A stretch of 64,000 nucleotides of DNA from an uncultured delta proteobacterium (lineage in GTDB: Bacteria > Myxococcota > Myxococcia > Myxococcales > Myxococcaceae), in the NCBI GenBank assembly GCA_963776345.1, contig CAVZMH010000024.1:64001-128000 (forward strand). The letters run 5' to 3'. The notes beneath the pieces are model-generated. The model was not told the origin of the DNA. It searched no databases and worked only from the letters and a program-made list of their open reading frames with translations. Both the position numbers and the translations under genes were made by a program. Shown in pieces: positions 49,110-57,336 of this stretch. The number at the start of each line of letters is the position of its first letter. Within the stretch, counting starts at the first letter, position 1.

Positions 49110-50531
49110 TCAGGGCGGCCGGACCTTGAGGTTGTCGAAGTTGACCTTCGACTCCCAGCCGGAGACCGCGAAGTACCGGTGCGCCGGGCCGCGCAGCGGA
49201 TCCGGATCGTCGAGCGCGAGGAAGGGCTGTCCGTCCACCAGCCAGGTGAGGACGCGGCCTTGCCGGCGGATGGTCCAGTGGTACTTGCGGCCGGGCACCA
49301 CCCGCACGTCGGCGCGGGTCACCCGGTCGGCGCCGTGCTCGTGCTGCCGCGCGATGGCGGAGAGGCTGTTCCGCCAGCCGCCCATCACCAGCACGTACCC
49401 GGTCGCGTCGTAGGACGCGCCGGGATCGCCGCGGTGAAACGACTGGCCATCGCCCCAGACCTCGACCTTCATGTCGCCGTCGGGGCTGTCGGTCCAGACG
49501 TCGAGGTCGATGACGGCGTCGTCCGGGATGGGCCTCCGGAGCCACACCGGGTGGTTGCGGGCCCGCTGCACCACCAGCGCCCCTTGCTGGAGCGAGACGG
49601 CGGCCGGGTCGGTCGCGAGCCAGTCCGGGCCGAGCTGGGTGCGCTCGAAGTCGTCGGAGAACGGCCCTGCGGCGGGCTCGGGCGGGGCTGCGGCGACGGG
49701 GGCGAAGGCGCCGCCGCTCGCGGGGCTCACCCGGAGGTCGTCGTAGTAGACGTCCCACTCGCCGCTGGAGAGGCCGAGCCGGTCGTGCCCCGGCCCGGTG
49801 AGCGGGAACGGATCGTCCAGCTCGGCCATCAGCCGGCCGTCCACCGTCCAGCGCAGCACCGAGCCGCGGCGCTCGAAGCGCATCCGGTAGACGTGGCCCG
49901 GGTCGAGGCTGGCCGGCGTCGCCTCGACGCGAAGCGCCGAGTCCTTGCCGAACCCCGCCGAGCGCAGGTCTCCGGGGACGCGCGCCCGGGACAGCCAGCG
50001 GGAGAGCGTGACCCCGTTCTCGTCCAGCCGCACCAGGCTCGGGCCGAGCCGCGCCGGCGAGCCCATGGGGCTCCAGGGCCCGAGCACGGCCTGGTAGCCG
50101 GTGTCGGCGTCCAGCCCGTTCCCGAAGAGCGTCACCCGGATCTCGCCGTCGGGGCTGATGGGGCGGGCGGAGACCTCGACCACCACGTCGTTTGGGAGCG
50201 CGGCGTCGAGCCACAAGGGGTTGTTCTTCGTCCCGGGAGAGAGCAGCTCGCCGTTGATGACCCGCGGGTAGCCGCCGAGCGAGCGGTAGTTGCGCCCCAC
50301 GGTTCCCCGGTCGGAGAAGTCGTCGGAGAAGGGGATGTGTCCGGACGCGGGCGGCTGGCCCCGGACGAGCAGGTGCAGGACGGGGAGATTCACCAGGAGA
50401 ACGACGACCCCCAGCACCAGCCAGCCCCTCTTGCCGAGCGGGGCCGGGCGGCGGGCAGCCGCGGGGACCGCGGTCTCCGTCGTCATCTCTGCCCGCGCCG
50501 CCTCCGCCGCGGTGGCTGGACGCCGCTTCAC
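49110..50531 (-). CDS. Membrane-anchored protein with two tandem ConA/LamG-like beta-sandwich domains
   Basis: One TM, then the duplicated motif FSDDF...N(N/H)P(L/V)WL...DG(E/D).(R/K)V..(F/W)G.G...DDP.PL.GP.H...DDL/DNL. Confidence 0.75.
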   Translation of the reverse strand: MKRRPATAAEAARAEMTTETAVPAAARRPAPLGKRGWLVLGVVVLLVNLPVLHLLVRGQPPASGHIPFSDDFSDRGTVGRNYRSLGGYPRVINGELLSPGTKNNPLWLDAALPNDVVVEVSARPISPDGEIRVTLFGNGLDADTGYQAVLGPWSPMGSPARLGPSLVRLDENGVTLSRWLSRARVPGDLRSAGFGKDSALRVEATPASLDPGHVYRMRFERRGSVLRWTVDGRLMAELDDPFPLTGPGHDRLGLSSGEWDVYYDDLRVSPASGGAFAPVAAAPPEPAAGPFSDDFERTQLGPDWLATDPAAVSLQQGALVVQRARNHPVWLRRPIPDDAVIDLDVWTDSPDGDMKVEVWGDGQSFHRGDPGASYDATGYVLVMGGWRNSLSAIARQHEHGADRVTRADVRVVPGRKYHWTIRRQGRVLTWLVDGQPFLALDDPDPLRGPAHRYFAVSGWESKVNFDNLKVRPP

Positions 50532-50785
50532 GGCTGTGCGCTCCGGAGCACGGCGACCAGCACCAGGAGGAGGAAGCAGACCGCCGCCGCGGCCCCGTAG
50601 CCGAGCAGCGGCCAGGCCACGTCCGTCCGGGCGAGGATGTCGCGGGCCTCGCCGGCCTCGCTCTCGCGGGGGTTCGCCGCCAGCGCCTGCCGGGCGAGGC
50701 GCCGGGCGGCCACCACGTTGCCGGCGGTGAGCGCCTTCTGGGCCCGGCGGAGCGCCTCGGCGGGTTCGGAGTCGGATGCCTTCAT
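50528..50785 (-). CDS. Small protein with TPR-like helices and a C-terminal TM
   Basis: 85-aa ORF coupled (GTGA) to the downstream gene; hydrophobic C-terminus. Confidence 0.7.
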   Translation of the reverse strand: MKASDSEPAEALRRAQKALTAGNVVAARRLARQALAANPRESEAGEARDILARTDVAWPLLGYGAAAAVCFLLLVLVAVLRSAQP

Positions 50786-50904
50786 GGAAGGGGGACGGGA
50801 GACGCGGCGCCCCGTCTATACACGGTCCACCGGGGCAGGATGAAGCGCGCCGGCGCGGCTGTTCGGGCGAGGGGCGTGGTAAGCGAGCCCCCCTGGCTCC
50901 GGCA

Positions 50905-51654
50905 ATGGCGTTTCCTCTCTCTCGACGAACCCTCCTCCGGAGCCTCCCGCTCCTGACGCTGGGCCGCCGCGCGCTGGCCTTCGGAGAGGGAGCACGCTTC
51001 GTGCCCGGCGTGGCCCAGCACGGCGGGCGGTGGGACGGACGGCTGTCCGGGCTCCGGCGGCTCGCCTGGGAGCTGCAGCGACGCACCTCGGTGGAGGTGG
51101 TGCCCGAGGCCCGCGGCCTCGCGCTCACCAGTCCCCGGCTGTTCGACCACCCCTTCCTCTACTTCGGCGGCGAAGGCGAGTTCCCCCCGCTCTCCGCGGC
51201 GGAGGTGGAGGCGCTGCGCCGCTACCTGACGTTCGGCGGCTTCATGCTCGCCGACGCCAACGACGGGAGCGGCGGGCGCGGCTTCGACGTCAGCTTCCGC
51301 CGGGAGCTGGCCCGGGTGCTCCCCGGCTCGCCGCTCGAGCCGGTGCCGAGCACGCACGTGCTGTTCAAGACCTTCTTCCTGCTCGACTCGGCACCCGGAA
51401 GGCTCTTCCTCCATCCGCAGCTCCACGCGGTGAGCCTCGGGAACCGCGCCGCGGTGGTGTACTCGCAGAACGACCTCGCCGGCGCGTGGGAGCGCGACGA
51501 GAGCGGCGCGTACGCCTACGAGGTCTCGCCGGGCGGTGAGCCCCAGCGCGAGCTGGCGGTGCGGGTGGGCATCAACGTCTGCATGTACGCGCTCTGCCTC
51601 GACTACAAGGACGACGCGGTGCACCTGCCGCTGATCCTCAAGAAGCGGAGATGA
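50905..51654 (+). CDS. DUF4159-family protein with a Tat signal peptide
   Basis: MAFPLSRRTLL; LFDHPFLY, LRRYLTFGGFMLAD, GINVCMYALCLDYKDDAVH. Confidence 0.88.
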   Translation: MAFPLSRRTLLRSLPLLTLGRRALAFGEGARFVPGVAQHGGRWDGRLSGLRRLAWELQRRTSVEVVPEARGLALTSPRLFDHPFLYFGGEGEFPPLSAAEVEALRRYLTFGGFMLADANDGSGGRGFDVSFRRELARVLPGSPLEPVPSTHVLFKTFFLLDSAPGRLFLHPQLHAVSLGNRAAVVYSQNDLAGAWERDESGAYAYEVSPGGEPQRELAVRVGINVCMYALCLDYKDDAVHLPLILKKRR

Positions 51655-53937
51655 ACGCAGGCGCCACCACCACCTGGCGGCTGGTGAGCCTCTCTCCGCT
51701 TCCGGCCTGGGCGCTCGGGCTCCTCACCGTGCTGGTCCTGGCGGGCGTGGTGCTGGCGGTGCTCGGGCTCCGGCGCGAGCCGTCGGCGCTCCGCCGGAGG
51801 GTGCTGCTCGTGCTCCGGCTGCTCGCCGGGGCGATGGCGCTGTTCTTCCTGCTCGAGCCGGGGCTGCGACAGCTCGCCCAGGTCCGGGTGAAGAACCGCC
51901 TCGCGGTGCTGGTGGACCGGAGCGCGAGCATGGGCTTCCCGGTGCACCCGGACGGGCAGACCCGGGCGGCGGCGGCAGCCGAGGCGCTGGACCGCTTCGC
52001 CCCGGGGCTCGAGGCGCTGCGCGATCGGTACCAGGTGGAGGTGCTGGGCTTCTCGCCCGAGCTCGCGCCGGTGTCGTCCGAGGCGCTGCGGACCCCGGGC
52101 AGCGGGAACCGGACCGACCTCATGGCGGCGCTCCGGGCCCTGAAGTCCACCGACACCGGCGGGAGCCGGAAGCTCGCCGGCGCGATTCTCCTCTCGGACG
52201 GAGCGGACAACGCCGAGCTCCAGGCCGGGCTCCAGACGCGCCAGTCCGAGGAGCTGGGCGCGCTCGGCTTCCCCGTGTCCACGGTCCGCGTCGGAGAGCC
52301 GGCGCTGGTGGATCTGGCGGTCGAGGCCGTGAAGGTGGACGACTTCGCCTTCGTCCGGAACGCGGTGACGGTGGACCTCGAGCTGCACGCCCGGGGGCTC
52401 AAGGGGCGCGACGTCCCGGTGGTGCTCCAGCGCGAGGGGCTCACCGTGGGGACGCGCACGGTGCACCTGGACCAGGACGACCAGCGCACGCCGGTGTCCT
52501 TCACCTTCACCCCGGACCAGACCGGGCGCTTCGTCTACACGGTCGGCGCGCCGGTGTTCCCCGGCGAGGCGGTGGTGGAGAACAACACCCGCTCGTTCGT
52601 GCTCAAGGTGATCCGCGACCGGGTGCGGGTGCTGCTGGTGGTGGGGCGCCCCAGCTGGGACGAGCGGTTCCTCCGGGGGCTCCTCAAGCAGGACCCCAAC
52701 GTGGACCTGGTGTCGTTCTACATCCTCCGGACCTCAGCGGACGACACGCAGACCCGGAACCCCGAGCGAGAGCTGTCGCTGATCCCCTTCCCGATGGAGG
52801 AGATCTTCGACACCAAGCTCCACACCTTCGACGTGGTGGTCTTCCAGAACTTCGGCTACGCCGAGCCGGCGCTGTCCATCGCCAGCTACGAGCGGAACCT
52901 GGAGCAGTACGTGGCGGGCGGCGGCGCGCTCCTGGTCATCGGGGGGGACCACGCCTTCGGCGAGGGGCGGGCGGCGTACCCGGTGCTGGACCGCGCGCTC
53001 CCGGTGGACCCGAGCGGAACGCCGGCGGCGGTCGAGCCGTTCAAGATCAGGCTCACCCCGGACGGGCTGCGGCATCCGGTGATGCGGGTGCAGACGACCG
53101 AGGGCGGCACCCAGGGCTCGTGGGACGAGCTCCCGCCCGCGAGCGGCATGAACATGGTGCGGGTGAAGCAGGGGGCCACGGTGCTGCTCGCGCATCCGAC
53201 GCTCAAGGTGGACGGGCAGCCAGCGCCGGTGCTTGCGCTCTGGGACCACGGCCGTGGCCGGGCCATGGCGATGATGACCGACGACAGCTGGACCTGGGCC
53301 TTCACCGCCCGCCGCACCGGGGAGCAGAATCGCCACTACGACCGGTTCTGGAGCAACGCTCTGCGCTGGCTGGTGCGCGACCCCGACCTGACCTCGCTGC
53401 AGATCGCCGCGGATCCGCCGACGGTCGAGCCCGGGCACCCGGTGGGCGCCGTGGTGACCGCCCGGCAGCCGGACTACCAGCCGGCGGGCTCCGCGGAGGT
53501 GCGGGTGGACCTCTTCTCGCTCGCCGACCGGCGGGTGCTGCAGACCCGCACCGCCGCCGCCGGACCGGACGGTGTGGGCCGGGTGGTGTTCGAGCCGGTC
53601 CCTCCGGGCGCGTACAAGCTCCGGGCGACCGCACGCCTGGATGGGCGCGACCTCGGGGAGGCGGAGGACGCGGTGGCGGTGCGCTCGGTGGGTCCGGAGA
53701 TGGCGGACGCGTCGGTGCGGACCGAGCTGCTCGCCGACATCGCCCGGGCCACCGGCGGCCGAGGCTACCAGCTGCCGATGGGCGGATTCCCGGATGCCCC
53801 GCTGCTGGATTCCCCCGCTCATCGAGGTGGGACGGAGCAAGGACGCGCCACTCTGGGACCGCTGGGGCTGGCTGGTGGCGCTGGCGGTGCTGCTCGGCGG
53901 CGAGTGGTTCCTTCGCCGCCGCTTCGGCTACATCTAG
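51651..53937 (+). CDS. Membrane protein with vWA-like, Ig-like and glutamine-amidotransferase-like (DUF1355-type) domains; frameshift near 53811
   Basis: Two N-terminal TMs, LVDRSASM, LLSDGADN, GGALLVIGG, GRGRAMA, FWSNALRWL; C-terminal PLWDRW...EWFLRRRFG in ORF 53572..53937. Confidence 0.85.
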
Positions 53938-54339
53938 GTCAGGGCGGCCGCAGCCGAGGTCCGGGTCAGGGTGTCGTCAGGCGGGCTGCAGTCGGCGAGG
54001 TCAGGGCGGCCGCAGTCAGCTAGGTCAGGGCGGCCGCAGCCGAGGTCCGGGTCAGGGTGTCGTCAGGCGGGCTGCAGTCGGCGAGGTCAGGGCGGCCGCA
54101 GTCAGCTAGGTCAGGGCGGCCGCAGCCGAGGTCCGCGTCAGGGTGTCGTCAGGCGGGCTGCAGTCGGCGAGGTCAGGGCGGCCGCAGCTCGGTCAGGGCG
54201 GCCGCAGCCGAGGTCCGCGTCAGGGTGTCGTCAGGCGGGCTGCAGTCGGCGAGGTCAGGGCGGCCGCAGCCGAGGTCCGGGTCGGGGTGTCGTCAGGCGG
54301 GCTGCAGTCGGCGAGGTCAGGGCGGCCGCAGTCAGCTAG
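53934..54339. repeat. Higher-order tandem repeat array (62-bp and 24-bp units), CTAG-bounded, between convergent stop codons
   Basis: GTCAGGGCGGCCGCAG occurs exactly at 53938, 54000, 54024, 54086, 54110, 54172, 54192, 54254 and 54316. Confidence 0.95.
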
Positions 54340-54710
54340 TTCGGCTCGTGGTCGAGCCAGCTGGCCTGTGCCGGGAGCCGGTGCGGGCCGTGGACCCCGC
54401 GGCAGGTGCGGCACCAGGACTGGGCCACCCGCCGGCCGCGCAGCGTGCGGACGCCGAACTCCCGCAGCGTGTCGCCCACGCGCTGGCACCGGGGGCAGCG
54501 GCTCCAGCGCGGGAGTTCGGTGGCCTCGCGGGCCTTGCGGCCGTGCTCCACGACCAGGGCCAGGGCCTTGGCGAAGCCGATCTGCCACCGCGGATCGACG
54601 TGGACCGGCGTTCCGGGTCGCGGCCCGGGGCGCACGAGGTCCACACCGCCGAGCAGCGACTGCTGTTCGAGAAGCGGAGCTGGACGGACGGTGCGTTCCA
54701 TGGGCGACAC
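54336..54710 (-). CDS. Small zinc-finger protein (CxxC...QSWCxxC)
   Basis: AGAGG RBS, GTG at 54710 (or ATG at 54701); RCPRCQRVGDTLREFGVRTLRGRRVAQSWCRTCR. Confidence 0.7.
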   Translation of the reverse strand: MSPMERTVRPAPLLEQQSLLGGVDLVRPGPRPGTPVHVDPRWQIGFAKALALVVEHGRKAREATELPRWSRCPRCQRVGDTLREFGVRTLRGRRVAQSWCRTCRGVHGPHRLPAQASWLDHEPN

Positions 54711-54724
54711 ACTACCTCTTGGGA

Positions 54725-54741
54725 CTGACAGCCCGTTCAGT
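54725..54741. promoter_or_regulatory. Candidate myxobacterial LexA (SOS) box
   Basis: CTGACAGCCCGTTCAGT matches the M. xanthus consensus CTRHAMRYBYGTTCAGS (as recalled) at 15/17; 15 bp upstream of the zinc-finger gene. Confidence 0.55.
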
Positions 54742-54933
54742 GGTCCCGGGCCGGGAGCCGGATCAGGCAGCCCGACGGGGTCGAGGAGCAGAAGCACCAA
54801 TCTTCCTCGATAGATGCAACGGTGCTGCGCCAGCCTGGGCCTGGGTGTCCACGTCGGCGGACTCGTCTACCGTTCGCGTGTCCGGCGAATCGCCGGACAG
54901 GGCCGGCGCATCGCCGGCTCGAGGGGAGGAACG

Positions 54934-55842
54934 ATGCGCGTTGGATTTCGTGGCGGTGTGCTGTGCGCAGCGATGGCGCTGTCGGCCTGCGGCGCGGGCG
55001 TCGAGCAAGGAAACACGGCGGGTGAGGATCTGCTGCCCACCGGCAAGGGCGCGGTGACGCTGCAGCAGATCGGAGAGGCATCAGCGGCCGCGCGGGTGCG
55101 CAGCAACGGGATCACCTACCACGGCGGACCGGTGATCACCGGCACCACCAACGTCTATTACATCTGGTACGGCAACTGGAGCGGCAACACCGCGACGACC
55201 ATCCTCACCGATTTCGCCAGCAGCATCGGCGGCTCGCCGTACTTCAACATCAACACCACCTATTACAACGGCTCCAACGTGCACGTGAGCAACTCGGTGC
55301 ACTACGCCGGCTCCACGACCGACAGCTACTCGCAGGGCACGTCGCTCTCCGACGCGCAGATCCAGACCGTCGTCTCCAGCGCCATCAGCTCCGGCCGGCT
55401 GCCCAAGGACACCAACGCGGTCTACTTCGTCCTCACCTCGAGCGACGTGACCGCCAGCTCGGGCTTCTGCACCCAGTACTGCGGCTGGCACACCCACGGG
55501 ACCATCTCCGGGTCCGACATCAAGTACTCGTTCGTGGGGAACCCCGACCGCTGTCCGTCGGCATGCGAGGCCCAGACCACCGGCCCGAACGGGAACGCCG
55601 GCGCGGACGGGATGGCGTCGATCGTCGCCCACGAGCTCGAGGAGGCGGTGACCGATCCCGACCTCAACGCCTGGTACGACAACCGGGGCTACGAGAACGC
55701 CGACAAGTGCGCCTGGACGTTCGGGACCGAGTCCACCGCGTCCAACGGGGCCAAGTACAACGTGACCCTCGGCAGCCGTCAGTACCTCATCCAGCGGAAC
55801 TGGGTGAACGCCAGCGGCGGCTACTGCTCGATGAGCTACTAG
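54934..55842 (+). CDS. Lipoprotein with a Phi-1/EXORDIUM-like domain
   Basis: GGAGG RBS, lipobox LSAC; ITYHGGPV, YYIWYGNW, VYFVLTSSDV, FCTQYCGWH, NGNAGADGM, AHELEEAVTDP, ENADKC, YLIQRNW. Confidence 0.85.
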   Translation: MRVGFRGGVLCAAMALSACGAGVEQGNTAGEDLLPTGKGAVTLQQIGEASAAARVRSNGITYHGGPVITGTTNVYYIWYGNWSGNTATTILTDFASSIGGSPYFNINTTYYNGSNVHVSNSVHYAGSTTDSYSQGTSLSDAQIQTVVSSAISSGRLPKDTNAVYFVLTSSDVTASSGFCTQYCGWHTHGTISGSDIKYSFVGNPDRCPSACEAQTTGPNGNAGADGMASIVAHELEEAVTDPDLNAWYDNRGYENADKCAWTFGTESTASNGAKYNVTLGSRQYLIQRNWVNASGGYCSMSY

Positions 55843-55845
55843 CCG

Positions 55846-56974
55846 CTACGGCGGCCAGTGGCAGACCTCCACCGCCGGTCTGCACTGGCCGGCGGTGCAG
55901 CCTCCGCTCCGGCACTGCGCGGGGCGGAGGCAGGCCGCTCCGTCGTCCTCGAGCGGCAGGCACTGCCCGGCATCGCAGTAGGCCACGGTGGTGTCGCAGA
56001 CGTCGTGCAGCGCGCAGGCACCGGTGCTGGGTGGCGCCCCGCAGCGTCCTCCCGCGCAGAGCAGCCCGGTGAGGCAGCCGTCGAGGAACTCCTGGAGCCC
56101 CGCCGGCTCGTCGTCGCAGCTGCCGCCCGTGTCCGAGGGTCTCCGGCAGACGCCCGCGACCGGGGCGCCGGCCGCGGTCAATCCCGCGCCGCGGCAGATG
56201 AGTCCCTCGACACACCCCGCGAACCGGAACGCCGCGTCGACCTCGTCCAGCGTCGTGGCGCAGGGCCGGCCCTCGCGGGCGCGCGCGACGCACCGGTTCC
56301 CGACGCAGGCCAGCCCGACCTCGCAGGCCGCGTCTCCTTCACACTCCTGCCCCTCGCCGCGAAGTGCCGCGCACGTCCCCGAGACGCAGACGTGCTGCGA
56401 GTCGCAGTCGAGGTCGCTGTCGCAGCCCGCGCCGTCCTGTCCGAGCGGACGGCACTCCCCCTGGATGCAGCCCAGCGACTGGCGCACGTCGCACTCGGGC
56501 CCCTGGTGGAGCTGGCAGCTCGCGCTCCTGCCGAGGACCGTCGGGCAGCTCGAGGGGCACGCGCCGGCGGCGTCCGGGATGCAGAGCCCACCGGCGCACT
56601 CGAAGAGTCCGGAGCACTCGCCGCCGGGGACGACCTCGCCGGCGACCGCGGCGAGGCAGTCCGCCTGCACCGCGTCGGGGAGGCCGTCGCGGAGGCAGGG
56701 CGCGCCGTGGAGCCCGTCCACGCAGGCGCGGGCCAGGTCGCCGTCGTAACGGATGCGCCCGGCCGCGATGCCGCGCTGCACGTCGTCGCCGAGGACCGCG
56801 CTCACGCTCTGCTCGCAGGACGCGACCAGTGCCGCGTCCAGCAGGTTGCAGCGCGCCGACTGCGTGCAGGTCGCCTCCGCATACGCCCGGGCGAAGTCGG
56901 CCGAGGCCACGGGCGACTTCCCGCACCCGCGGCGACCGGCCCGAGGGCGAAGCCCCGGCGGCTGTGCGCCTCAC
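55846..56974 (-). CDS. Cys-rich (Dickkopf/EGF-like repeat) putative lipoprotein; 5' end apparently frameshifted
   Basis: ORF 55846..56910 has many C-x5-C-x4/5-C-x4-C units; upstream fragments give VRRTAA..FALG.VAA/GCGKSP, consistent with a lipobox after indel correction. Confidence 0.75.
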
Positions 56975-57252
56975 CTCGCCCCGGGCTTCGGCGGGGGGCC
57001 CTCGTGCCGGTAGCAGGCCACCGGCGGGTCGCCCGGCATGAGCGCCGCGAGCAGGTAGCCGCTCGGCGCGAGCTCCAGCGCATCCCGCTCCAGGGTCTGC
57101 GCCAGCTCCTGTCCGCTCTTCCCGCGGGCGTCGGCCACGGCGCGGCAGACCACCGGCTTCACCGCCGTGCCTCCGTGCCCCGGCTTCGCATCCGCCGCAT
57201 CGGCCGCCGTCCCCACGACACACCCCAGGACCACCCACCTTGACAGCTTCAT
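56971..57252 (-). CDS. Small secreted hypothetical protein
   Basis: MKLSRWVVLGCVVGTAADA signal-like start; GTGA overlap with the Cys-rich gene. Confidence 0.6.
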   Translation of the reverse strand: MKLSRWVVLGCVVGTAADAADAKPGHGGTAVKPVVCRAVADARGKSGQELAQTLERDALELAPSGYLLAALMPGDPPVACYRHEGPPPKPGAR

Positions 57253-57336
57253 CGCTCGCGCTCCTCGACTCGCCCCGGGCCGAGGCTCACCCGCGGCGGC
57301 GGCGAGTCGCAAGAGGAACCATCCGGCGCCCGGGGC

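Noticed and set aside
49110..49121. TCAGGGCGGCCG at the rpoH convergent junction, resembling the 24-bp element
   Set aside because: Only 12 GC-rich bases, no CTAG, and fully explained by the last codons and stop of the minus-strand gene.
53934..54339. CRISPR array
   Set aside because: Sequences between the 16-bp repeats are near-identical rather than unique spacers, and no cas genes are in the window.
53971..55057. ORFs starting MSSGGLQSARSGRPQ (53971, 54057, 54143)
   Set aside because: Translations of the non-coding repeat; the 86-bp period is not a multiple of 3 and there is no RBS or protein-like composition.
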